Shown piece after piece: positions 10,244-19,378 of a stretch of 64,000 nucleotides of DNA (positions are counted from its first letter, which is position 1; each line of letters opens with the position of its first letter). The position numbers and the translations under genes were made by a program. The notes below the pieces were generated by a model. The model worked only from the letters and a program-made list of their open reading frames with translations, did no database searches and was not told the origin of the DNA. The DNA lies in contig JBIKWF010000004.1 of assembly GCA_044356455.1 (NCBI GenBank), forward strand, positions 31,648 through 95,647. The letters are read 5' to 3'. Origin of the DNA: Bdellovibrionota bacterium. Lineage in GTDB: Bacteria; Bdellovibrionota_C; UBA2361; JBGSMV01.

Positions 10244-12754
10244 TTGGCGATGAGAGATTTTAAAGAGATTACTCCTCCAAACGGTCCCATGGAGGGGGTC
10301 AACTCGCCCTCTCAGAGATTCGGCCCTAACGGTCTTGAGTCTCCCTTTGAGGAACTCATAATTGACGTGGGCATCGACAGTCCCTCTGAGCCATTGCCTG
10401 AGGGCCCAGCACAGGCGGGATCAAATGGCCTCGAGTCGCCCTTCGAGGAGGCCCCTCTAGATCCCCAAGAGCCAAGACCCTATGAGCTGTCAGCTATGGA
10501 TAGTTCCATGCGCCGCACACTACTAGGGGTTCCTCCATCGGAGAACTATGCTTACGCAAAAAATTCTGATCTGGCCGCTGTAAGTCATAGTTCACATGTG
10601 ACCGGCCAAACCCTCGGTGACACTCCAGCTATCTCCGAATTAGGAGTCGGGAGGGAGTTGAAGACCTATTTTGGCTACGAGGAATTTCGTCCTTTACAGC
10701 GCGAGATAGTGGAGCTGGTGTTGGAGGGGCGAGATGTATTGGGTGTTTTGCCTGTTGGCGGTGGAAAGCAGCTCTGCTTCGAGCTTCCAGCACTAATGCA
10801 CATAAACGACGGCATAACCCCGGTGATCTGCCCAACCATCTCGCTAATTAATGACCGTGTTCGCGCTTTAAAGAAATTTGGTATCGATGTCGCTGTGTTC
10901 CATTCTAACCAATCCGAGGCAGAGATTCGGAGAAATGAGGATCTGATCAGTTCTAGAAAGACCGCATTGGTGTATGTCTCTCCAGAACGCCTTCGGCGCG
11001 AAGATTTCTATAGATTGATTGACAGTGCAGGCCGCAAAGTCTGGCGATTGGTGGTAGATGAGGCTCATTGTGTGAGCCAATGGGGGCATGATTTTCGCCC
11101 GAGCTACTTGGCAATATCTGCTGCTCGTCGAAGGCTCGGTATGCCACCAATGGCGGCGTTTACCGCCACAGCATCTGAAGTTACGAGGGCAGACATCAAA
11201 GCAGTTTTGGGAATTGAAGGTGCTGTGGAGGTTATAGGGCCAGCCGTGCCTACTAATATCCGCTTTGAAAAGGATATTTTTCAGAATGAGACAGAACGTC
11301 AAGCGCAAGTTCTCGCGCTCATTGCTCGAATTCACAATGAAGGAAAGCGCTGGATTGCCTATAGCCTGACGATTAAAAACTGCCTTGAACTTCATTCCTT
11401 GTTGCAGAATGCAGGAATAATCTCTTCGGTATATCACGGAGAGTTGGAGCCCGCAGCACGGGAGCGGAGCCAGCAAGCATTCTCCAACGGCACTATCATT
11501 GGAATGTGCGCAACCAAAAGCTTCGGTATGGGCATAGATCTTCCCGTTGATCACATAATAATGACGCAACTACCAGAATCGGCGGAATCATTGTTGCAGG
11601 CTGCGGGTCGAGCTGGTCGTAGTCAGCAGCCCGCCGTCTGCACTGTCTACGGGCGTAGCTCAGATATAAGTATTCTCCAGGCTTTCGTGCGTGGATCTAA
11701 TCCGCAGCTCGGCACCATCGATTACACTGCCCGAGCACTGGCTAGATGGGTAAGCAAGGGCTCGCAGTGCGATCTGATGAATGATTCCGGTTTTCCTTTT
11801 CCAGAGAAGGCCTTCTTACTCTGGATAGCTCGTAACAATGAACGCCTCGAAGGACTTTTTGGTTCAGCTCTAGCTGCCCTTGAAGAGCATAAAATTATCG
11901 ATCGCTTTGATGGAAAGGTCAGGTTCTTAGTCAATCGAGACAGGCTAAATGCGGATGGATTGGTCAGTCAGGAGATTCTAGATCAGAAGCGAAGGATTGA
12001 TGAGGTTCGAATGAGCACCATCGTCAGCATGGTCTTTTCTGATTCTCCTTTAAGTTCGACCCTGGAAAGTTACTTTGATAGAAATGAGCAGCCGCCACCT
12101 CTGGAACCTGAAGAAATTGATGATTTACTTCGATTTAAGATTCCCGAAGATCGCTTAACGGTTTATCTGGGACTACTTGGACTTAACGACATCAGTAGCC
12201 TGACCTTTGCTGAGAGAGCGCATACTGGTGGGAGTGCCCCAAAAAATGAGTTCTCAGGTCGTTTAGGTACTATGTGCGACAGCACTGAGGGCTACCAGTC
12301 GGGGAGGGCGAGAATTAATGAGGAGATTAAAGAACTAATTAGAGCCAATCTAATCTCTGCATATCCGGCCCAAGGAAAGTCCATTTATGCACTGAGCATG
12401 GAAGGAATGATGGAAGCTGAGCGGCTAGGTGTGCTAGCTCCGAAATCGGAAGATTGGTCCGATCTAGTCCAGAGGTTTTTTAATCCGGTCAACTTTCAGC
12501 TGGTTATAGATTGTCTCGGTGGCTGGATCGCTAGTAATAAGCCTGCATCAGATCTCAACGTAAATGATGAGGATTTCGTTGATTTGTTTCTCAGGACCAA
12601 GTTTAAGTTCCCGGGCTCTGAGTCTACAAAAACTGGAAAGTCTATTTTTTGTGATGTGACTAAGAGAAAACCGTCCGAGCTAAAAACGGTTACGAAGGCG
12701 GAGGTTATTGGTTTTCTGCGAATCTTTTTTCCGGAGCTTCCAGTTGCTAGATAG
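10244..12754 (+). CDS. recQ: RecQ-family DEAH helicase-like protein with degenerate motifs and long extensions
   Basis: FGYEEFRPLQ (motif 0), LPVGGGKQ (Walker A), VDEAHCVSQWGHDFRPSY, TATA, YHG, ATKSFGMGID, QAAGRAGR; no RQC Zn-binding cysteine cluster seen. Confidence 0.85.
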   Translation: MAMRDFKEITPPNGPMEGVNSPSQRFGPNGLESPFEELIIDVGIDSPSEPLPEGPAQAGSNGLESPFEEAPLDPQEPRPYELSAMDSSMRRTLLGVPPSENYAYAKNSDLAAVSHSSHVTGQTLGDTPAISELGVGRELKTYFGYEEFRPLQREIVELVLEGRDVLGVLPVGGGKQLCFELPALMHINDGITPVICPTISLINDRVRALKKFGIDVAVFHSNQSEAEIRRNEDLISSRKTALVYVSPERLRREDFYRLIDSAGRKVWRLVVDEAHCVSQWGHDFRPSYLAISAARRRLGMPPMAAFTATASEVTRADIKAVLGIEGAVEVIGPAVPTNIRFEKDIFQNETERQAQVLALIARIHNEGKRWIAYSLTIKNCLELHSLLQNAGIISSVYHGELEPAARERSQQAFSNGTIIGMCATKSFGMGIDLPVDHIIMTQLPESAESLLQAAGRAGRSQQPAVCTVYGRSSDISILQAFVRGSNPQLGTIDYTARALARWVSKGSQCDLMNDSGFPFPEKAFLLWIARNNERLEGLFGSALAALEEHKIIDRFDGKVRFLVNRDRLNADGLVSQEILDQKRRIDEVRMSTIVSMVFSDSPLSSTLESYFDRNEQPPPLEPEEIDDLLRFKIPEDRLTVYLGLLGLNDISSLTFAERAHTGGSAPKNEFSGRLGTMCDSTEGYQSGRARINEEIKELIRANLISAYPAQGKSIYALSMEGMMEAERLGVLAPKSEDWSDLVQRFFNPVNFQLVIDCLGGWIASNKPASDLNVNDEDFVDLFLRTKFKFPGSESTKTGKSIFCDVTKRKPSELKTVTKAEVIGFLRIFFPELPVAR

Positions 12755-12760
12755 TGAAGG

Positions 12761-12903
12761 AGAGTCCTAGTTGGGACACCCACTTTTCGTTCCCGCAGGA
12801 CCGGGAGAGCTGGAGCTTTACTAGCTAACCACTTGAAAGGATGGGCCTTAGAACTGCCGACTTATGCCTGGTAAGGGAATCATTGGGTGTCCCAGAGAGC
12901 CCC
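12761..12903 (+). repeat. Repeat family B, copy 3
   Basis: AGAGTCCTAGTTGGGACACCCA...TCATTGGGTGTCCCAGAGAGCCC, a few bp after the recQ stop. Confidence 0.85.
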
Positions 12904-13390
12904 TCGGACCGAGTTAGTAAAGCTGCGAGCAGGCGACCCGGATGCTCTTGTTATCGTGCACCTCGCGTCTACCTTAGGAATTGCGATTAAGCAGGCTCGG
13001 GAGACGGGACATACTGGGCAGCTTTTTGGCACATCTGACGGCGAGGAGGCGAGCGTGATAGACCAAGGTGGCGCGAGTGCGGAGGGGCTGCAGCTCCTTG
13101 CGCCTGAGCCAAAAGAAGAGTCAGAACAGATGAAGATGTTTCAGAAGGCCTTCGTGGTGCGATATGGGCACGAGCCACATCCTTTGTCGCGGCACTCCTA
13201 TGATGCAACGATGCTTGCGACAACCGCACTATCCGAATGCAAAATGGATCGGGAATGCGCCAAAGAACGCATATACCGGGTGCGGGACTATCAGGGGGCG
13301 AGTGGCTCCTTCTCCATCAATTCAGATGGCGGCACAAGTCGTTCCTTTGTAGTGAAAGTTGTTCGGGATGGGAGATTCGTCCGCGAATGA
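12904..13390 (+). pseudogene. 5'-truncated LivJ/LivK-type ABC substrate-binding protein (C-terminal half only)
   Basis: RTELVKLRAGDPDALVI...SYDATML...YQGASGSFSINSDG...VVRDGRFV is the C-terminal lobe of this family. The frame begins at the right end of repeat B3; no signal peptide. Confidence 0.8.
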
Positions 13391-13525
13391 TTTTTTGCTT
13401 CAATCTTTAGTTGCACCAAAACAAGGAATCGTACGCGCCTTTCGAGTCTGACGATTGGAGACGCAGAAGTTTCTTGAAAGACGCCTAAAGTGCAAGGTAA
13501 CGTGGTGTGTCTTATAGGAGCTTAC

Positions 13526-14602
13526 ATGAAGGCACTTTTCAATCGCATGCTCATTACCCTGATCGGTGTGTTCATAACCGGCTCCTTGTCTGGTGCCTGT
13601 TTCGGACAGGTTACCAAAATTGGCGTGATTACTGACCTTAGTGGCTACGGAGCCTTTTGGGGAAAACAAACGCGGCTAGGCATAGAACTCTTAGAGGAGG
13701 ACCTAAAGCGAGAAGGTCTTAACGTGAGCTTTGTTTTTGGAGATTCTGCGTTTAAACCGGCCCAAGCTGTCAGCGAAGCGCAAAAGCTCATCTCGTCGGA
13801 TAACGTAGACGCCTTGTTTGTCGAGTTCAGTTCTATAGTAAACGCCGTCTCTCCTGTTGCCAAGAATTCCTCTCGACTGCTCTTGGCCACTTGTGGAGCA
13901 AGATCCTTTCTTGACAGTAATCCCTACGCGCTGAAGACCTTCCTCGATTATGAGCAAGGGTGCCAGGACATAGGGCGCTACTGGAAAAGACAGGGGCTGC
14001 ACTCCATAGGCCTTCTTCGGGTTGCATCCGAAATTGGAGAGCTTTGCTTTCGCGGAGTAAAAAAGGAATTTCCATCCTTGATCGAGGGGGCCTTCAACGC
14101 CGGTGAGGATGTTTCTTCGCAGCTCTTAAGAATGCGGGCCTCTGGCGTTCAAGCGATATTTAGCTCTGGATTCGAAGGGGACACGCTGAATTTGCTTAAG
14201 GCAAAGCAGACACTTAGGTGGAAGGTCCCTATCGGGGGGCCCGATTCAGATGTACTCACAGCCAAGGTAATTAAGGAGTACTCAAGTGAGATCGAGGAGA
14301 CGGTGACGTTCGGATATCCCCCTGTCAGCGAATCCTTCAAACAGCGCATTCTAATCAAGGACCCTTCGAATGATTTGACTGTGATTGAAGCTGCAGCGAA
14401 TGCGTATCTTTTTCTTGGACAGGTGGCGCGCTCCATTGCGCAATGCAAGAAAAGCGACGTCGAATGTCAACTTGCCAAGGTTACCTCGAATGGGCCAGAG
14501 GAGCTCTTAGCATTCAAGGGTTGGAAGGATCGGGTGGCGGATCACGGGTTTGTCTTGACCGTTTGGACGGACGGTAAGAGAGTGGTTATCAATGATGAAT
14601 AG
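13526..14602 (+). CDS. Periplasmic LivJ-type (branched-chain amino acid) ABC substrate-binding protein
   Basis: GGAG RBS before MKALFNR; signal peptide; KIGVITDLSGYGAFWG, FGDSAFKPAQAVSEAQKLI. Confidence 0.85.
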   Translation: MKALFNRMLITLIGVFITGSLSGACFGQVTKIGVITDLSGYGAFWGKQTRLGIELLEEDLKREGLNVSFVFGDSAFKPAQAVSEAQKLISSDNVDALFVEFSSIVNAVSPVAKNSSRLLLATCGARSFLDSNPYALKTFLDYEQGCQDIGRYWKRQGLHSIGLLRVASEIGELCFRGVKKEFPSLIEGAFNAGEDVSSQLLRMRASGVQAIFSSGFEGDTLNLLKAKQTLRWKVPIGGPDSDVLTAKVIKEYSSEIEETVTFGYPPVSESFKQRILIKDPSNDLTVIEAAANAYLFLGQVARSIAQCKKSDVECQLAKVTSNGPEELLAFKGWKDRVADHGFVLTVWTDGKRVVINDE

Positions 14603-14717
14603 GGCGCATGGCAAAGATCGAAACCGCCCACGCCTTTAGCAACAACCCAGAATTTTTTGCTGGGTCTCGTTATAAGCTAGTCGATATCTCAGACGAGGTT
14701 GGATCTCAGGCTCTTAC

Positions 14718-15533
14718 CTAAGAAGCGAGCAGGGCTGCCTCACGGTAGCGCTTTGATCGAGATATCCGATCCCACAGTGTGCTCTCCCGCAAGCCTCCAT
14801 TGGTTACTGATAAAGATCCGTTCGCTGCAGTGCAGCGGGTGGAGAATAACTTTTCTCCCCTTGCGAGAAAGTAGGCGGAATAAGCTGCGGCTAAGAGATA
14901 AACCGGGACTGACATGGCTCCGGGAGCCTCGATTCGATTGTCACGGCGTGAGAATGCTTCGATACCGACCTCTCCTATTTCCCGGTCACCGAATCGTGGA
15001 TTCTTCAGCCAGCGCTTCAGCTGCCGATGGTCAAAAACGGGTTTCCCAAAATGCCGTATGGCCAGCTCTTGGGACTCGGAAAGGAATTCTCTAAGATTAC
15101 CTCCACACTTAAATCGAACTATACTCGCTTCCAGCCACCTGTCTTCGGTCGTCACCCCGTGCTGAGTGAGAAAAGTGGCCACCGTTGATTGTGCGTGCTT
15201 CAACCTATCGAATAGATCCTTCTCAACTGCCTTGGTAGGCGAATCGTGTCTGGCGCGGCAGAGTTCTCGCAGAACCTCAGCTATGTCAGGTGCGGGAAGT
15301 GAGTCCACGACCTTTTGACGCTCGAGAACCACCCCTGGAGCTTCGCTGAACTGTCCAAGGATTTTTTCAAGCGATTTCTTAAGGCCACGGAGTTTTTCGT
15401 TGTCCGCCTCAGGAATAGCTGCTCTGACTAGCCTCACGAGCTCTTCGGAGCCCAACGATGGAAGAAGGGGGGACGCAGTTCCACCCCAGCGAGTGCTTTC
15501 AAACTTTCGTGTGTTTTCCTCAAGATTGCTCAT
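14718..15533 (-). CDS. Hypothetical protein (271 aa)
   Basis: ATG preceded by GAGGAG RBS; overlaps the end of a small upstream ORF. Confidence 0.65.
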   Translation of the reverse strand: MSNLEENTRKFESTRWGGTASPLLPSLGSEELVRLVRAAIPEADNEKLRGLKKSLEKILGQFSEAPGVVLERQKVVDSLPAPDIAEVLRELCRARHDSPTKAVEKDLFDRLKHAQSTVATFLTQHGVTTEDRWLEASIVRFKCGGNLREFLSESQELAIRHFGKPVFDHRQLKRWLKNPRFGDREIGEVGIEAFSRRDNRIEAPGAMSVPVYLLAAAYSAYFLARGEKLFSTRCTAANGSLSVTNGGLRESTLWDRISRSKRYREAALLAS

Positions 15534-15696
15534 TGGTATCTCCTCTCTGGTCTTCTGAATTCATGCCCGCAAGGATCTCCCTCAGGAGGTCGATTTTCAT
15601 CGACTCTGGGAGAGCGGTATTTTTTGCGAGTTCATCAAGCTGGGCTTCAATAGCTTGAATGAGCGCTTTCTTCGTGTCGTTTCCTTCCGAGCCCAT
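15520..15696 (-). CDS. Small helical hypothetical protein (MGSEGNDTKK..., 58 aa)
   Basis: GGAG upstream of the ATG; amphipathic helix; 14-bp overlap with the downstream gene suggests an operon. Confidence 0.45.
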   Translation of the reverse strand: MGSEGNDTKKALIQAIEAQLDELAKNTALPESMKIDLLREILAGMNSEDQRGDTNEQS

Positions 15697-16112
15697 ACAC
15701 TCCAGTTTTTGTCCGTTGCTTAGGGTCGGCGCCCCTCCAAAGTATAAATGGGTTATAGACACATTTAATGTGGGTGTTGCATAGCAGCGCCTGCTAACTC
15801 AAGAAGGCTGTAATTACAGACAGTTAGGCGAGAGCTGGTGAATAGGCAGGCGTAACCTGAATTCAACACTCGTTGAATAACCGGGCAGTTGTGCCAAAGA
15901 GTAGGACTTCCTTGCTAGGGGCGAGGGAAGTCTCGCTTCTGTGCGGCCGTACTTTTGAGTCAGCTTCTAGCCCTTATACCTCAGTGCGCCGTTCCTGGCG
16001 CACTCGTCTCGCGGATGTAAGTTCCAACGGTGGGAATTGGTTTTTCCGCTGTTCCAATCAACCACAGAGACCACCGCGCGGGCATTTTCCGAGCTTGCCT
16101 AGTGGAACCTTT

Positions 16113-16946
16113 TTACGCGGCGAGTAATTCTCGAACCGTCATTGAGAAAAGCGCGGCGGTTGGCCCAGACAGTACAATTTCGTTACCAAGCGAATCGACG
16201 TTGAGAATCCCTCCCCGGTTCATAAGCGTAATAGGGAATCTATGTCCCCCGAACTGGTTCAGGACTAAGGCGGCGGCACAGTTTCCGGTTCCGCAAGCCT
16301 CGGTAATCGCTTCTATATGTCGCTCGTAGGTACGTATTTGAATTTGCTCGCCGGACCGGCTCACAAAGTTCACGTACACTCCCTCACGTGGGTCAATGCC
16401 AAGCTGGTGGCAGAGCTGCGCATGGTGACACAGGGCTCGACCTTCCGCTTCGAGCATTGGATAGGCGTCAAAGTCTCCGTTGGGGTCCCAAACGACAAGG
16501 TGCGGGCAACCTGTGTCTACAAAGAAGAAATTTTCGAGCTTCTGAAATTGGCGAGGCCTGCTCATAGAAATAGCTGAATAGCCATTAAGCCAGAACCCCT
16601 CTTTGATGCCATCTTGTGTTTCAACCTGTACTCTCTCTTTGGCCATTGTCGACAAGAAATGAGCGACAACACAGCGGAGGCCATTGCCACACATGCGCTC
16701 TTCAGAACCATCACTATCGTATACCCTGAATGCGATATCTCCAATTGTGGAGGGTGTGACAAACAAGACTGAATCAACCTTAAAGCGGTATTGCGCAGCG
16801 CTCGCTACGAGGGTACGCACGAATGAAGGGCGATCTATATACTGGTATTGTCGCGCGTGTTCCTCAATCAGAAGAAAGCGATTATGACACCCGTGTAGTA
16901 AGTGTACGGTGGCATCAGCGTCAATTTCGTTCGTAAGGGATATCAT
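16113..16946 (-). CDS. dapF: Diaminopimelate epimerase (divergent)
   Basis: HGCHNRF, MCGNGLRC, VDTGCPH, VNFV, RTYER, TEACGTG; both catalytic cysteines present. Confidence 0.9.
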   Translation of the reverse strand: MISLTNEIDADATVHLLHGCHNRFLLIEEHARQYQYIDRPSFVRTLVASAAQYRFKVDSVLFVTPSTIGDIAFRVYDSDGSEERMCGNGLRCVVAHFLSTMAKERVQVETQDGIKEGFWLNGYSAISMSRPRQFQKLENFFFVDTGCPHLVVWDPNGDFDAYPMLEAEGRALCHHAQLCHQLGIDPREGVYVNFVSRSGEQIQIRTYERHIEAITEACGTGNCAAALVLNQFGGHRFPITLMNRGGILNVDSLGNEIVLSGPTAALFSMTVRELLAA

Positions 16947-17007
16947 CTCAGTTTCACCGGTAGGTAGGCACGAGGGCTCGTTCGTAGGAACTCACGCTGT
17001 CGGTAAG

Positions 17008-17577
17008 CTAAGCGGGCGGGACGCGGACTCTTGGTAGCACTAGTCCAGACCAGGGGGATTGCGATGTGATGGAGTTTGCGAGCTCAGCTGATTGCTGGGG
17101 GCTAAGCATCCTTCCCAGCCACTTCTCAATCGAATCAGCCATCTGCGTGTCCCCTTCCGCGAGTGCGGCAGCTACCGCCTTCTTAACAAGCTGCTGGTCG
17201 GCGATCGTCGGCCGTTGCTCGCTCGCTCCGAATGCGTGAGAAAGATAGGAGAGAAGGGCTCTCTGGACTTCAGCGAGAGGCTCTCGAGTTTGCGTCTCCT
17301 GACTAAGCGCCATGTGCATGGACAGATAACGAGAGATTTCCAGGCGCTCTTCCTTGGATCCGGTAAGCGCGATTTCCACTAAGCTATCCAGTTCTTCTTT
17401 TTTTCTTGGAGAAGGCGCTCGCTCGCGCATCGCCCCAATTACCCCCAGAGCGGCTCGAAATCCAAGCGGACGGGGTGGGAGGAGGGGGCTGGAAGCCGCG
17501 GGACATGGATGGGGTGTTAGTTTCCCACGGGGGATTCGGTCAAGCTGTGACATATAACTCTCCACATGGGGCAACAC
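17008..17577 (-). CDS. Hypothetical protein (likely start MSQLDR)
   Basis: ORF with a Pro-rich N-terminus and helical core; GGAG precedes the internal ATG. Confidence 0.5.
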   Translation of the reverse strand: MLPHVESYMSQLDRIPRGKLTPHPCPAASSPLLPPRPLGFRAALGVIGAMRERAPSPRKKEELDSLVEIALTGSKEERLEISRYLSMHMALSQETQTREPLAEVQRALLSYLSHAFGASEQRPTIADQQLVKKAVAAALAEGDTQMADSIEKWLGRMLSPQQSAELANSITSQSPWSGLVLPRVRVPPA

Positions 17578-17763
17578 TCTCGTGTCACCACTGCAAGACA
17601 GTTATCCCCCCCCGGGAAAGCGTTCAGCTCGTCGACATTCTGCCTCTGAAAGACTTGCTAAGCTAGGGTGATAGAACGGACCTTCTACAGATCGCCCGGC
17701 TCAACTATCTAGGAGGTTCAATTCACTGATGGTAATGCGGCAGTTACGTGCTACAGCCTCCTA

Positions 17764-17900
17764 CTAATTGGGACACCCACTTCTCGTTCCTGCTAGCCCG
17801 GACGAGCTGGAACTTAACGTGTCAACCACTTGAAAGGATGCGCCTTAGAATTTCCGGCTTATGCCTGGTAGAGGAGTCATTGGGTGTCCCGGAGAGACCC
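17764..17900 (+). repeat. Repeat family B, copy 4
   Basis: TTGGGACACCCA...CCACTTGAAAGGATGCGCCTT...TCATTGGGTGTCCCGGAGAGACCC. Confidence 0.85.
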
Positions 17901-17902
17901 AA

Positions 17903-17928
17903 TATCGGGGCTCGTGCGAGCCCCGATA
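17903..17928. terminator. Strong hairpin, possible terminator of 17946..18383
   Basis: TATCGGGGCTCG-TG-CGAGCCCCGATA, a perfect 12-bp inverted repeat just downstream of the minus-strand stop; weak U-tract. Confidence 0.4.
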
Positions 17929-17945
17929 CCTAGGAAACTCAAGAC

Positions 17946-18383
17946 TTACAGAGGCATCTTTGCCTTAACAGAGCAGTCGATGCCTTCGGGATCGATCCCA
18001 GGGCCGATGGCGGTGACTCCGACACCAAACTTTCTCTGCCATACTTGTCCCACGCGAGCCCCAACTACATTTGCAGGGTCGGTAGGGATGAAGACGATCT
18101 CGAGTGGCTGAAATCGAACACTTCGTCCTTTCCCATATAACTCAGCGTTTAGTCGAACTTGAATTTCTCCATTCCGAAGATTTCCAATTACCAGATTACT
18201 TACAGAAGCCAGCGCATTCTGTGAGTCGTAAGTGAACGCACTTGGCGGAACGACTGCCGTAAGTGAACCCTCATCTTCGCTTGCACACGTAATCTTTAGG
18301 GCTTGAGCCTGGGCGCTCGAGACTCCAAGAGTGGCGAGTACTGAAAGTGCGAACGTGAGTGCTACTGTCTTTGCCTTTTTCAT
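17946..18383 (-). CDS. Secreted hypothetical protein
   Basis: Signal peptide MKKAKTVALTFALSVLATLGVSSAQA; beta-rich mature part with one Cys near each end. Confidence 0.75.
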   Translation of the reverse strand: MKKAKTVALTFALSVLATLGVSSAQAQALKITCASEDEGSLTAVVPPSAFTYDSQNALASVSNLVIGNLRNGEIQVRLNAELYGKGRSVRFQPLEIVFIPTDPANVVGARVGQVWQRKFGVGVTAIGPGIDPEGIDCSVKAKMPL

Positions 18384-18510
18384 AGATATAACCATAAAAA
18401 TTACATGTGATTTAATCACATTTTTAAATTGATATAGGTTCATTTGCAAGCGATGTGACATAACACAGCTAACTACCTAACTATATGACAGAAAGTGATA
18501 ATTTGAGGCC

Positions 18511-18933
18511 TTAAGATTCTAACCCTACCCGCCGAGAAGGCGTAAAGGGCTGAGCCTCGTGAAGAAGTTCGAGTGCGTAAGCTCGAATGTTTTCGTCGAT
18601 GCCAATCGCTTGAAGCCAGGGTCCAACGGCAGCCTTATCCAAAACTGTGTAGCTCCGGACTTTGCCTGGTAGGTTCGGTCCTTCGTCTATTATCGAGCGA
18701 GATTGAATTGCTCGAACTGTCGCTGGAGCGGTAGACATGACCCGCAGGTCCTCATTGTCGGCATGTATATGAATCCGAGCTTGCCCGAGATCGCAGACAT
18801 CGCCCGTTTCTAATTTTTTTGCGGGACGAGGAAATCCCTCCGAGACGGTAATCCACACTCTACTAAATGTAGCGGATGCAGGTTGTGTGGGCTGGGAATA
18901 AGCTGGCCGAATTGCCCTTAAGAATGAAAACAT
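18511..18933 (-). CDS. Hypothetical protein (start MFSFLR)
   Basis: The upstream extension in the ORF track runs through a family C repeat and is probably spurious; the 3' end is duplicated at 9895..9976. Confidence 0.5.
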   Translation of the reverse strand: MFSFLRAIRPAYSQPTQPASATFSRVWITVSEGFPRPAKKLETGDVCDLGQARIHIHADNEDLRVMSTAPATVRAIQSRSIIDEGPNLPGKVRSYTVLDKAAVGPWLQAIGIDENIRAYALELLHEAQPFTPSRRVGLES

Positions 18934-18997
18934 ATGAACATCAGAGTTGCTTGGGAACAGGCACCATGCCGTTCGTAAAATAAAACTTGTTACTTCG

Positions 18998-19147
18998 GGA
19001 ATCTCTGAAAAACCTCCATTCTTAATACACCTCTGTGTACCTCTGTGTACCTCTGTGTACCTCCGTGTCCTCCGTGGTGAATTCCTTGATAAAAATTTCA
19101 CCACAGAGGACGCAGAGGTACACAGAGGTGAGTTCTTCAGAGGTTCC
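18998..19147. mobile_element. MITE family C copy (IS5-like ends, internal CTCTGTG/CACAGAG palindrome)
   Basis: GGAATCTCTGAAAA...TCTTCAGAGGTTCC followed by TTAG; three internal tandem CTCTGTGTAC units pair with CACAGAG units. Confidence 0.8.
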
Positions 19148-19255
19148 TTAGTAGCCCCGTGCGGGATCACTTAGGCAGAGCGCTGCCTCCTGGTAAAAAT
19201 GCCGAATTGGCGCACTAATGGTAGTAGGAGCCTGCACGCTAAGCAATGTCAGGTA

Positions 19256-19307
19256 GAGTGTGTCCCGTTACCACTACTCCATGTTGTGGTGGTTGCGGGA
19301 CGCGCTC
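19256..19307. repeat. Short internally deleted derivative of family A
   Basis: GAGTGTGTCCCG...CCACTAC..CATGTTGTGGTGG..CGGGACGCGCTC; shares the ends and the inverted core of 4066..4174. Confidence 0.55.
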
Positions 19308-19378
19308 CTCGTGTAGTTATTTCAGAGAGATACGTGCCTCGGGGACTGGGAAAAGCGAGAGAATTATAGGAGAGGCGA

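Noticed and set aside
4844..17900. Family B repeats as integron attC sites
   Set aside because: No RYYYAAC/GTTRRRY core ends, no integrase in the window, and the intervening genes lie on both strands.
19028..19135. Tandem CTCTGTGTAC units (and similar units in other family C copies) as a CRISPR array
   Set aside because: Units are 9-10 nt with no unique spacers and form a palindrome; no cas genes are present.
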